A stretch of 64,000 nt of DNA from Bacilli bacterium. GTDB lineage: Bacteria > Bacillota_I > Bacilli_A > RF39 > UBA660. Position 1 is the stretch's first letter; every line of letters starts with the position of its first letter. The notes under the pieces were generated by a model. It did no database searches. It was given only the letters and a program-made list of their open reading frames with translations, and was not told the origin of the DNA. Where the stretch lies: contig JBJEEA010000042.1 in NCBI GenBank assembly GCA_051872635.1, positions 24,822-88,821 of the forward strand, in the 5' to 3' direction. This document shows, in pieces, positions 43,570 to 55,899 of this stretch. The position numbers and the translations under genes were made by a program.

Positions 43570-44187
43570 TTATGCATTAAAAGTTGCCGTAACTTGTGAA
43601 CCAGTGGATGCTGAAACAGTTATTACTCCACTAAAAGAAGCTTTATCAGTGGTATTTTGGGATTCTTGAGTTTCATTTATATAAATCATTATATAAAATT
43701 TTGAAGTTTGACCTGCCACTAAAATGATATTAGATGATACATCAGTATCCGTACTATCATGTACCGATAAAACAGTAGTAGCATTACTCATGGAAGCCCA
43801 TTTTAGATTAGTTACTGTTTCTTTATTTAAAGCTATACTTATGTTAATATTAGTATCATCACTACCTGTATTAGCAGTAGTTATTTCATAAATTTGACAT
43901 ACAGTATTTCCATTGGAATCAATACAGTTCGAAGAAGCTGCTTGAGGTAATTGACTAGTGGTTCCACTTTTAGAACCATCAAGTATTGGTACTAATGATC
44001 CTGTAGATGGGCTAATCATCTTTACTGATAATTCCAAGTTTATATCTAATGCTTCACCATTAATTCCATCAGTGGAAGCTTCAGCACTAAAATAGGCATA
44101 AGTAGATCCAACTATTGAAATAATGAAAATGAAAACACCAATTATAGCGTAAATAAGTCCAGGACTTTTTTTCCTATTTTCTTCCAC
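43570..44187 (-). CDS. secreted protein paralogue 1 with a SipW-cognate-type signal-peptide motif
   Basis: GTG start after an AAAGGAG SD. MEENRKKSPGLIYAIIGVFIFIISIVGSTYAYFSAEASTDG. Shares the C-x6-7-C loop and the C-terminal ...VSA(T/S)F(S/N)A end with paralogues 2 and 3. Confidence 0.65.
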   Translation of the reverse strand: MEENRKKSPGLIYAIIGVFIFIISIVGSTYAYFSAEASTDGINGEALDINLELSVKMISPSTGSLVPILDGSKSGTTSQLPQAASSNCIDSNGNTVCQIYEITTANTGSDDTNINISIALNKETVTNLKWASMSNATTVLSVHDSTDTDVSSNIILVAGQTSKFYIMIYINETQESQNTTDKASFSGVITVSASTGSQVTATFNA

Positions 44188-44225
44188 TTTTTCTCCTTTC
44201 AGCTTTATAATCTAGATATTAATTT

Positions 44226-45056
44226 TTATTTTTCTACATAATCTTTGCCATTAATATTAATATTAGTATCTTCACTAATATCTGGTAAATTTAAATCATT
44301 AAATAGTACATTATCTTTTGAAGATGTTAAAGTACTATTTTCTATTGGTATACTATTCTTAATATTAATAAGATTTCTGTTATCAGAAAACAATTTTTCT
44401 CGATCTACTTTTTTAGGGTCATAACTATCAATAATCCAAAATTCATACAATAGTTTTAAAATTCCGTCAGTCATAACAGAATTTTCAATAATTGCTAATT
44501 TTTTTTCTTCAACTTTAATATTATTTTCTACTATAAAAATTTCGTCTAAAATACTAGCTTGTTTTTCTATTAAAATATCTTGACTAATAATAGTACTATA
44601 TGTTCTAGGATACTTAACCTTATCTAATTTTTCTTTTAATATATTTCTTTTCTTAACAAGTTCTTGATAATTGCTCTCTTTTTCAAATAATAAATATAGA
44701 ATGTCTTTAATACTATTATCTTGATATTTTATATCTTCATATAAAATATTTTTATATTTATTGTTTGTATCTTCATTAAATTTAGATAATAAAGTATCTT
44801 CAAGCAAAATATTATCAAGTGAATATTCTTCCTTCTGAATAAGTAAATTTTCTAATTTAGATTTATCTTCTTGAATATTTTTAAATGTATTAAGATATTC
44901 TTTCTTAGCAGTTAAATATTTTAAAATATTATTATATCTTTCTCTATAAGGTATTAATTCTTCATCCTTATCATTTTCCTTTAAATATGTAATAATTTTT
45001 TCAACTCGATCTTTTTCTTCCTCAATTGTCGTAGTTATATAATCATACTTATCCAT
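44226..45056 (-). CDS. coiled-coil protein of unknown function, last non-secreted gene of the F1-like ATPase operon
   Basis: Preferred start MDKYDYITT (ATG within ...GAAAATGGATAA, an 8 nt overlap with the gamma-like stop, GGAGGAAG SD upstream). The track ORF extends to 45095. Lys/Glu-rich and heptad-like. Confidence 0.55.
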   Translation of the reverse strand: MDKYDYITTTIEEEKDRVEKIITYLKENDKDEELIPYRERYNNILKYLTAKKEYLNTFKNIQEDKSKLENLLIQKEEYSLDNILLEDTLLSKFNEDTNNKYKNILYEDIKYQDNSIKDILYLLFEKESNYQELVKKRNILKEKLDKVKYPRTYSTIISQDILIEKQASILDEIFIVENNIKVEEKKLAIIENSVMTDGILKLLYEFWIIDSYDPKKVDREKLFSDNRNLINIKNSIPIENSTLTSSKDNVLFNDLNLPDISEDTNININGKDYVEK

Positions 45057-45843
45057 TTTCTTCCTCCAATGGTACTGTTTTTTTAAAGTTTTCAACTGTT
45101 TTTAATATTAACTTATCTTTTTTTTCTTTTCTTTGTTTATTGGACTCTTCTTCTTCAAGTTCTTCTATTTTATCTAAAGCCTCACTTGTTATTTGGTTTC
45201 TAAGAACATTTTCTGCTGCTCTTGAAATACACTCACACATTCTAAGTTCATATAAAATATAAAATGACAAAAGACTATGGAGCATACTTGTTATATCGGT
45301 TTCAATTACAAAATCGTTCTTTTCATCATAATCACCATCAAATTCGATTGGAAAAAGAGTAAGTTTTCTAAATTCAAAAGATGTACTGGAATTATAGTGA
45401 TTATAATATAAATTTATTTCGCTATAAGTAGAATTTCTTATAGCATCATCAATTGTTCTTTCAATTTTAGAAAATTCTTTATAAAAGTCGTCTTTATTTA
45501 TTTTTAAAATTACTCTACTGTCATTATAAGTAATCTTTTTGCCAATAATAATTTTATAGTCATTTATGTCTTCTTTTATTTGCTTTGCTACTTGAGAATT
45601 AAAATTGCCACAAAAACCGTAATCATTTGCTATATAAATATTAAGCTTTGCCATATTAGGATCTGGCATAATTACTTTTTTGTCTAAAATGAGATTTTTA
45701 TTATAGACTATTGTCTTAATAATTTTAGTTATTTCATTACCAACGTTTCGGTAAGTTTCCGCCTGCCTTTTTGATGCGTCTACTCTAAGAAGGGAATGGA
45801 AATTCATTACTTTAACAACATTTTTAATGCGCATTTTGACCAT
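45049..45843 (-). CDS. F1 ATPase gamma-subunit-like protein
   Basis: The N-terminal helix (IKNVVKVMNFHSLLRVDASKRQAETY), IANDYGFCGNFNSQV (compare canonical SDRGLCGGFN) and the C-terminal helix (SRAAENVLRNQITSEALDKIEEL) follow the gamma layout. Confidence 0.7.
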   Translation of the reverse strand: MVKMRIKNVVKVMNFHSLLRVDASKRQAETYRNVGNEITKIIKTIVYNKNLILDKKVIMPDPNMAKLNIYIANDYGFCGNFNSQVAKQIKEDINDYKIIIGKKITYNDSRVILKINKDDFYKEFSKIERTIDDAIRNSTYSEINLYYNHYNSSTSFEFRKLTLFPIEFDGDYDEKNDFVIETDITSMLHSLLSFYILYELRMCECISRAAENVLRNQITSEALDKIEELEEEESNKQRKEKKDKLILKTVENFKKTVPLEEENG

Positions 45844-46331
45844 CCTTTCTTATATATTTATTAGAAGTAACAACGGCTTTTAGATTCTTAAGAAGTGTAT
45901 AGGATAAATATAGAAAAACAAATATCATAACAAAAACAAGGAGTAGAAGCATCCACATTGACATATATTCATTTTTTATATAATCATGAATTAAATAGGT
46001 AATTTTAAGTCCTCCTAATGATATTAGTGATAATATTAGATTTAATATTATGTATTTGTTTTTTATTAGAATGTCGCTTATTAGGGTCAATAGAATAACA
46101 ATAATTATTATGTACACGTCTATATTAATAAAGGATACCATTAGATAAATTAAAAAAATGTAATTTATTATTGATGAAGAAATACTTATTATTTCTCTAT
46201 TCGTCATTCCCTGCATAAGGCCATATAATCTAACTTTTGAATTTTTTGGATCAAAGCTCTTAATTAATATCTTTAAGATAATATATAGGGATATAATAAC
46301 AATTAATGCAACAAAGGCAAAACTAAATATA

Positions 46332-46339
<8 letters not shown>
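45824..46339 (-). CDS. small polytopic membrane protein (171 aa, about 5 TM) embedded in the ATPase operon
   Basis: Intact ORF overlapping both neighbours by 8 and 20 nt. Contains KVRLYGLMQGM. Confidence 0.55.
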
Positions 46340-49253
<2,914 letters not shown>

Positions 49254-49270
<17 letters not shown>

Positions 49271-50012
49271 TTAGACTAAAATCATAAACTTTATTTCGAT
49301 ATAAAATTTTAATTCCTTTGTAAATTTTTTCATCAACAACAGTTTTTACTTTATTATCAATATAATTGTAATTTATATTTTTACTTGGAACAAGTATAGT
49401 TATGGTAGGATTATTAAGTTCAATAAGTCTATTTAAATAATCAATAAAATCTTCCATATTAAACTTATTACTAGATAAAAATATTTCATATACCTTGTAT
49501 TCTTTTTCACTTAAAAATTTTTTTAAATATTTAGTTTTCTCTTCTGGCAGTAATGTTTCTATTCTATAAATTTCCTCAGGAGTAAATTTTTTTCTTAAAT
49601 TAAGGCAAAAATCATAATTATTATTATCTTTTACATTTTTTAAAAAATCTTTTATTAGTCCTTCGTAATCAATAATAAATCTTTCTTCTATCTTTTTATT
49701 TATATCAAAAATATTTTTATCGAGATAATTAGTTTCAGTAAGTAAATCTATTATACTGCTATCAAAGTCATAATTAGACTTTGTTTCTGATAATTCATTT
49801 TCTTTTAATCCACTTTTCCTTTTTTCTAATTCTTGATCTAGATCTTTTAATTTTTTTTCTTTTTCATCAATTAAATAATCATACTCTTGTAGTTTATCAA
49901 CAAAATACGACTTGGATTTATCATCAATTGTCTTAACGGTATTTTTTAATATTAAGCTCATTGCCAAAACAAGAAGTATTATAACTATTAATGACAAGAC
50001 AAATAATGGCAT
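49254..50012 (-). CDS. single-pass membrane protein with a coiled coil, a candidate b-like peripheral-stalk subunit with an extra C-terminal domain
   Basis: N-terminal TM helix (MPLFVLSLIVIILLVLAMSLIL), then a charged helical region (EKEKKLKDLDQELEKRKSG). It sits between the c-like and alpha-like genes, where atpF and atpH normally lie. Confidence 0.5.
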
Positions 50013-50014
50013 AA

Positions 50015-50272
<258 letters not shown>

Positions 50273-51007
50273 TTAAATTTTTCCTATTTCTTTATTTATC
50301 GTCGGTGTTATCTTTTCTTCAGCAATATGATAGCAAATATCATTTATTTCAAATAAATTAACTGAATAGTATATTGTGTTGTTATCAATATATATATTTA
50401 TAATATCAGGTAGTTTTTCTCTGATTCTGATAATGTATTTTTCTCTGTCATTATTGAATTCGCTACCAGTAAGTTCCTTATCGCTTACTGCGTCTACTAT
50501 AATTCTTTCAGTGTCAGTTAATTTTATATAATCATCAAAAATTTCTGTAGCTATGTCTTTATAGCTAGTACCTGCGATTTGAAGAAGCTCATCATTATTA
50601 ACTATTCTATTTTCCTTTAAATTAAAATTTAAAGTTAATATTTTGTCATGATTAGGAATAATGTAATTTATTTTTACTGATAAGATATTACCATATATTC
50701 CATAAGTAATATTGGTATCGATAATTTCATGTTTTAAAATTTCATTTTGTTTATTTAAAAAATCATCACTTATTTTTGTATCAATATTATTTAAAAAGAC
50801 TCTGTTACCATTAATGTCTATATAGTAACTAATCTTATTATTTACCAAAGTTAGTTCTTTGGAAAGATTTCCATATTTATGATGGTATGCATATATCCAA
50901 TAGGCAATCATTGATATAGCGATGCAGAATATCATTATAAAGAGCAAAATAATTTTTTTATTATTATTTTTATAAATATTTACTTTATTCTTTTTCTTCA
51001 CAGTCAC
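50273..51007 (-). CDS. N-terminally anchored protein of unknown function, first gene of the F1-like ATPase operon
   Basis: GTG start. A basic N-terminus is followed by one TM helix (IILLFIMIFCIAISMIAYWIYAY) and an extracytoplasmic domain of about 195 aa. Confidence 0.5.
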   Translation of the reverse strand: MTVKKKNKVNIYKNNNKKIILLFIMIFCIAISMIAYWIYAYHHKYGNLSKELTLVNNKISYYIDINGNRVFLNNIDTKISDDFLNKQNEILKHEIIDTNITYGIYGNILSVKINYIIPNHDKILTLNFNLKENRIVNNDELLQIAGTSYKDIATEIFDDYIKLTDTERIIVDAVSDKELTGSEFNNDREKYIIRIREKLPDIINIYIDNNTIYYSVNLFEINDICYHIAEEKITPTINKEIGKI

Positions 51008-51024
51008 ACTTTCCTACTGTATAC

Positions 51025-51053
51025 AGTATATCATTTTAATATTTATAAGTCAA
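51025..51053 (-). promoter_or_regulatory. strong SigA-type promoter with an extended -10, driving the F1-like ATPase operon
   Basis: On the minus strand, TTGACT (51048-51053), a 17 nt spacer ending TGA, then TATACT (51025-51030). It lies 18 nt upstream of the first gene's start. Confidence 0.6.
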
Positions 51054-51078
51054 TTGTTTTTATTTAAATTTAGATATT

Positions 51079-51125
51079 AAAAAAAGCACTTTTTATCAAT
51101 AAATGCTCGATAAATATGTGCTTTT
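51079..51125 (-). terminator. rho-independent terminator after the SGNH hydrolase gene, insulating the ATPase operon
   Basis: Long imperfect hairpin AAGCACATATTTATC...GATAAAAAGTGCTT followed by TTTTTT on the minus strand. Confidence 0.55.
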
Positions 51126-52389
51126 AATTTAAACATTCTTTTATTTTATTGTAGATTAAATTATAGGTTGTTGCTGTATAATGAATACCATCAGTAGTTT
51201 TAAAATTGCCAGCTATTTTGGAATATACATCACAATATACAATATCATTACTTAACCCTTGCTTTAATTTTTCATTAAAATTATAAACATCACTATTTTT
51301 AACTTTATAGCCATGACTACTAGCTAATGCATCATCAATTTGAGTTACTGACATAACTACAATTTTAGCTGTTGGATAATTTTTAGCTAGATTATTATAA
51401 AATTCTGGATATTTTCCACCTGTATTATATAAGTCATTTGTTCCCATGTTAATAACCACGTAGCTATTGGGGTATTTATTTAGTGTGTCTCTCAATTTGT
51501 TCTTTGCCTCACCAGCTAACCATGAATATCCCATTCCAACTTTAGATATACAAATTTCTGAAGAACTCATTTTTACACTCTGACACATACCTTCAGTTCG
51601 TGAGTCTCCAACATAAATAATTGTATCTTTTTTTGACTGTGTATTACCACTATTGTTATTTCCATTGTTATTGCTATTGCTATTGTTATTATTGTTATTA
51701 TTGTTACCGCTGCTGTTATTACCATTATTATTACTGCTATTATTTGATGAGCTAGCAGCTTTTTCTTCTAACGCTTTGATTTTATCTTCATTGGCATTTT
51801 CTAAACAGTCAGTGAAATTAACACCTTCGGTTAAATTTCCCAAACTTACGATAAGAGTTTCGACAATCCAAGGAACCGCAAAGACAAGAACAGCACATAT
51901 AATTCTTTTTACAAAAAGGCTTACATTTTTTTTCTGAACTTCTTCATTACTAGTTGCAACTGATTTAGAAAAATCTATCATTCCAATGATAACTAAACCA
52001 ATTGGAACAACAATTTTTACAATATTTATTATTAACTTAACAAAATATATAACTTTAAGGATATCTGGATTAGTGCAAGCATCAACTATTGAATCATTAC
52101 TACTGTTTTCACTACTATTAGTCATAGTATCAATTGTTTTAATAATAGCATTTTCTTTGTTAAGATTATTATCTAAATAATTATAGAAATCCTGTGTTTC
52201 TACATCAATTTGGTAATTGCCAATAAGTGAATTACTGTCTTCAAAAGATGAATTTGATTCTGTTTTTTGATTTATTTTTACAGTATGTGTAGTTAAAACT
52301 TCTTCAGTGGTATCAGCTTGAGTTTTAGTGGTAATAGTGCCAAAGAAAAAAGTAAAAATTCCCAATATTAAAATAAATTTCTTTTTCAT
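51124..52389 (-). CDS. secreted or membrane SGNH/GDSL-family hydrolase with an internal TM hairpin and a poly-Asn/Ser/Gly linker
   Basis: Signal peptide; two hydrophobic helices at about aa 110-182; low-complexity run at aa 213-249; C-terminal IIYVGDSRTEG ... NMGTNDL ... DGIHYT (SGNH blocks I, III and V). Confidence 0.75.
   Translation of the reverse strand: MKKKFILILGIFTFFFGTITTKTQADTTEEVLTTHTVKINQKTESNSSFEDSNSLIGNYQIDVETQDFYNYLDNNLNKENAIIKTIDTMTNSSENSSNDSIVDACTNPDILKVIYFVKLIINIVKIVVPIGLVIIGMIDFSKSVATSNEEVQKKNVSLFVKRIICAVLVFAVPWIVETLIVSLGNLTEGVNFTDCLENANEDKIKALEEKAASSSNNSSNNNGNNSSGNNNNNNNNSNSNNNGNNNSGNTQSKKDTIIYVGDSRTEGMCQSVKMSSSEICISKVGMGYSWLAGEAKNKLRDTLNKYPNSYVVINMGTNDLYNTGGKYPEFYNNLAKNYPTAKIVVMSVTQIDDALASSHGYKVKNSDVYNFNEKLKQGLSNDIVYCDVYSKIAGNFKTTDGIHYTATTYNLIYNKIKECLN
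51643..51753 (-). repeat. in-frame low-complexity AAT/AGC/GGT-type codon repeat tract (SSSNNSSNNNGNNSSGNNNNNNNNSNSNNNGNNNSGN)
   Basis: Visible as (attgtt/attgct) reiterations on the plus strand. Confidence 0.8.
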
Positions 52390-52454
52390 AATATCTCCTA
52401 TTAATATAATTAAAGTTTACCACATGTAAGTCAAAAAATCAATAAATAAGATAT

Positions 52455-54488
52455 CTATTTTTCATAACTACAATTCATACATTTTAATTTACCTTTTTTC
52501 TTGATAAGAAGATTCCCACAATCAGGGCATTTTTCTTCTGTTGGCTCATCCCATGAGGCAAAATCACATTTTGGATAGTTAGTACATCCATAAAATATTT
52601 TACCTTTTCTTGTTTTCTTTTCAATAATTTTACCATCACATTTAGGGCAATCAATTATTATCTTTACTTCTTTTTCTTCTTTATCATTTTTAATATATTT
52701 GCAAGTTGGATAATTGGAGCAAGCGGTAAATTTACCATATCTACTCTGTTTTATAACTAAAGGGCTACCACAATTTGGACACATTTCTCCAGTCTCTATA
52801 GGAGCCTTTTTCTCCATTTCTTTAAAGGCAACTTCTACCTTTGGTTCAAAATCTTTATAAAATAAGTCTAATAATTTATTCCATTCTAAGCTCCCCTCTG
52901 CTATTTTGTCTAAGTCGTCTTCCATATTTTTGGTATATTCGACATTAATAATATCTTTAAAAAATTCTTGTAATTTGTCTGTTGTTTCAATACCAATTTC
53001 AGTAGGAATAAATTTTTTTTCAACTAATTTTACATAACCTCTTTCTTCGATTGTATCAATGGTTTTAGCATAGGTAGATGGCCTTCCAATACCTAATTCT
53101 TCCATCTCTTTGATAAGTTTACTTTCAGTATATCTAGATGGTGGCTTAGTAGTATGAGAAGTATATTCTATTTTATTTGCGGCTATTACTTTACTATTAT
53201 AATTATCAAAGTCTGGTAATATAATATCTTCACTATCTTCATAATCACTATATACTTTTAAATATCCATCAAAAGTGATTATTTGTCCAGTAGCTTTAAA
53301 CTGATAGTTACTATTATCTAAAATTATAGTTGTAGCTAAAACTTTAGCATCTTTCATAAGTGAAGATAAGGCCCTATAGTAAATAAGGCGGTAAAGTTTG
53401 TACTCATCATTTGTTAAATATTCTTTGATATCTTCAGGATTTCTATTTATTGATGTCGGTCTAATAGCTTCGTGAGCGTCTTGGACATTTTCAGTTTTAG
53501 TGCTCTTTTTAACATAGCCAACATATTCACTTCCATATTTATCTTTAATATATCCATATGTTTCTTTGATAAACTCATCAGATAATCTTACTGAATCTGT
53601 TCGCATATATGATATTAAACCAACGGTTTCATCTTTTAAACTAATTCCTTCATATAATTTTTGAGCAATCATCATTGTTTTTTTAGAAGTAAAGCCAAGC
53701 TTGGTCGAAGCTTCTTGCTGAAGAGTGCTCGTTATAAATGGGAATTTACTTTTTTTAACTTTCTCCTTTTTGTCTACTGATTCTATTCTAAAAGCATTAG
53801 AAAGCCTACTTAATATTTCTTTAGCTTCTTCTTCTTTTTTTATGTCAATTTTTTTATGATTATACATACATAGTTTAGCAGAGAAATCACTAAAATAAGC
53901 ATCTATTTCAAAATACTCTTCAGGTATAAAAGAGACAATTTCTCTCTCTCTATCGACAATTAATTTAAGGGCTACTGACTGAACTCTTCCAGCAGATTTT
54001 CCACCGGTTTTAGACTGCATAAGTTTACTTAATCTAAAGCCAATAATTCTATCTAGAATTCTTCTGGTCTCTTGTGATTTTACTAAATTATCATCAATTT
54101 TTCTTGCTTTGGAAAATGAATCAATAACAGCTTTTTTTGTTATTTCATTAAAGACAATACGATCATAGTTTTCTTCTTTTAATCCTAAAGTATCATACAA
54201 ATGCCAAGATATTGCTTCTCCTTCACGATCGGGGTCGGTAGCTAGATAGACAAAGTCAGCATCTTTAACATCTTTTTTTAGTTCTTTAACAAGTTTATTT
54301 TTACCTTTAATTATCTTATAATCTGGTTTAAAATTGTTTTCAATATCGACTCCAAATCCATACTTACCTGATGTTGATAAGTCTCTTATATGTCCTAGAG
54401 AAGAAACAACTTTATATTCTTTCCCTAAATATTTTTCAATTGTTTTACTTTTGTGTGGGGACTCCACTATTACTAGTTTTTTTCCCAT
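52455..54488 (-). CDS. topA: DNA topoisomerase I
   Basis: Toprim N-terminus LVIVESPHKSKTIEKYLG, the active-site region and three C-terminal CxxC...CxxC zinc ribbons. Confidence 0.95.
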   Translation of the reverse strand: MGKKLVIVESPHKSKTIEKYLGKEYKVVSSLGHIRDLSTSGKYGFGVDIENNFKPDYKIIKGKNKLVKELKKDVKDADFVYLATDPDREGEAISWHLYDTLGLKEENYDRIVFNEITKKAVIDSFSKARKIDDNLVKSQETRRILDRIIGFRLSKLMQSKTGGKSAGRVQSVALKLIVDREREIVSFIPEEYFEIDAYFSDFSAKLCMYNHKKIDIKKEEEAKEILSRLSNAFRIESVDKKEKVKKSKFPFITSTLQQEASTKLGFTSKKTMMIAQKLYEGISLKDETVGLISYMRTDSVRLSDEFIKETYGYIKDKYGSEYVGYVKKSTKTENVQDAHEAIRPTSINRNPEDIKEYLTNDEYKLYRLIYYRALSSLMKDAKVLATTIILDNSNYQFKATGQIITFDGYLKVYSDYEDSEDIILPDFDNYNSKVIAANKIEYTSHTTKPPSRYTESKLIKEMEELGIGRPSTYAKTIDTIEERGYVKLVEKKFIPTEIGIETTDKLQEFFKDIINVEYTKNMEDDLDKIAEGSLEWNKLLDLFYKDFEPKVEVAFKEMEKKAPIETGEMCPNCGSPLVIKQSRYGKFTACSNYPTCKYIKNDKEEKEVKIIIDCPKCDGKIIEKKTRKGKIFYGCTNYPKCDFASWDEPTEEKCPDCGNLLIKKKGKLKCMNCSYEK

Positions 54489-54509
54489 CTAATCCTTCCT
54501 TTCTGTAAC

Positions 54510-54539
54510 ATTATATAATATCTTTTTGGTAAAATGCAA
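54510..54539 (-). promoter_or_regulatory. candidate topA promoter
   Basis: On the minus strand, TTGCAT, an 18 nt spacer and TATAAT, about 20 nt upstream of the GGAAGGA SD. Confidence 0.4.
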
Positions 54540-54764
54540 GTCTTTTTTATCTTTTACTTTTTTTTGCATGAAAAAGGCCCCTAGTGATGGAGCCCTTTAT
54601 ATATAAACATAAGCTTTTGCTTATGACATTATATACTATGCTTTAATTTATAAAATGGTGAATAGTTTCTGTAAAAAACATATCAGTCACAGAATAAAAT
54701 TTTATATTTTATTATTAACAATATAAGAATTTAAATAATTCTTTTTAAATCTCTTACTGCTTTA

Positions 54765-54814
54765 ATAAAAAAGGCAACAATTATTACTTACAATAGTTCG
54801 TGATAATGTTGCTT
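54765..54814 (-). terminator. rho-independent terminator downstream of the N/Q-rich membrane protein gene
   Basis: On the minus strand, GCAACATTAT...ATAATTGTTGC is followed by CTTTTTTT. Confidence 0.5.
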
Positions 54815-54918
54815 AAATGAGTCCCCAAATACTCTCTTTTGGCACATATCCTAGATGGTTTTAGTCCACTTTAGTAATATGCTACATATTTGTATTATAA
54901 ATATATTTTCTCAACTTA

Positions 54919-55638
54919 TTAATTTAGATTAAAATAGTATTCATCTCCAGTTACAGTATATCCACCAGTATTATTTGTGCTTACATTAGAAGGAACATTT
55001 ATATTAAGTATTGTTCCAGAAGTTGAATCTGTTTCACAATATACATAGCCGCTTACTGTAGAATTGGCAGGTATTGTATCTGGTAATTTTTCATTTGTCA
55101 ATTTTTCATCTTGCAGTGTTGATCCGTAATTGCAAGAAGCAATTTCTGTTTTGGAAGAATCCATCAAGTTAATAGGAATTAACAAATTACCTATTTCTTC
55201 CTCACTATTGCTGTTGTTTTTAATCGTTACCTTAACTTTGGTATATGTTCCATCCAAATCGAAAACGGATAATACTGTTCCATCAGTAGTATAAACTACT
55301 CCTCTTTGAACATCTCCAACAGAAATAGTTAGATTATATAATTTGTTTTTTACAGTAATTTCTTTGCCTAATTCAACTGCTGTGCCATCAGATGATGAAC
55401 CACCAAATATTTTAATAGCAAGAAGTATTATTACTATTACAGCTACTACTACTAATACTATTTTTAATATATTTTTATTTTTTTGGGGGCCCTGTTGTTG
55501 TAAATTTTGCGTTTGATTATTTTGATTTAAATGATCCTGATGACCATTATAATTTTGTTGGTCATTTATTACATTATTATTAGCATTCTGATATTGTTGA
55601 TTATTTTGTTGATTATTAAAATTTATATCATTATTCAT
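54919..55638 (-). CDS. single-pass membrane protein with an N/Q-rich cytoplasmic N-terminus and an extracellular beta-rich (DUF4352-like) domain
   Basis: MNNDINFNNQQNNQQYQNANNN..., TM helix ILKIVLVVVAVIVIILLAIKIF, then a domain with the pattern ...YTKVKVTIKNNSNSEEEI.... The family call is tentative. Confidence 0.55.
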   Translation of the reverse strand: MNNDINFNNQQNNQQYQNANNNVINDQQNYNGHQDHLNQNNQTQNLQQQGPQKNKNILKIVLVVVAVIVIILLAIKIFGGSSSDGTAVELGKEITVKNKLYNLTISVGDVQRGVVYTTDGTVLSVFDLDGTYTKVKVTIKNNSNSEEEIGNLLIPINLMDSSKTEIASCNYGSTLQDEKLTNEKLPDTIPANSTVSGYVYCETDSTSGTILNINVPSNVSTNNTGGYTVTGDEYYFNLN

Positions 55639-55659
55639 CTTTCTTTTTCCTCCATTATT

Positions 55660-55851
55660 TTATTTTTTTCTTACTGCATTTCCTACTATAAATATTCCAA
55701 CGGAAAGTACTGGTAGTAATAAATTACCAATCCATTCTGCTAAACTTGTTGGTGCATTTCCATATTTAATTAACTTTACTTCTGCTACCATTAAAAGGCA
55801 AAAAAACAATCCGCCGGCAAGCATGAGAATAATTCCTATTATTTTCTTCAT
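55660..55851 (-). CDS. small two-TM membrane protein (63 aa)
   Basis: Intact ORF with an AAAGGAG SD and two hydrophobic helices. Confidence 0.45.
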   Translation of the reverse strand: MKKIIGIILMLAGGLFFCLLMVAEVKLIKYGNAPTSLAEWIGNLLLPVLSVGIFIVGNAVRKK

Positions 55852-55899
55852 TTTTTATACTCCTTTTATTTTAAAATCAATTTTTTTACTTTAACCGTA

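Noticed and set aside
51643-51753. A reiterated attgtt/attgct tract that looks like a microsatellite or array.
   Set aside because: It is in frame within the SGNH hydrolase CDS and encodes an Asn/Ser/Gly linker. It has no spacer-repeat architecture, so it is not a CRISPR array or a non-coding satellite.
54830-54918. A GC-richer patch (GAGTCCCCAAATACTCTCTTTTGGCAC...) as a possible riboswitch or ncRNA.
   Set aside because: It lies between a stop codon and its terminator on the coding strand and is most simply a 3' UTR. I could not fold a convincing conserved structure by eye.
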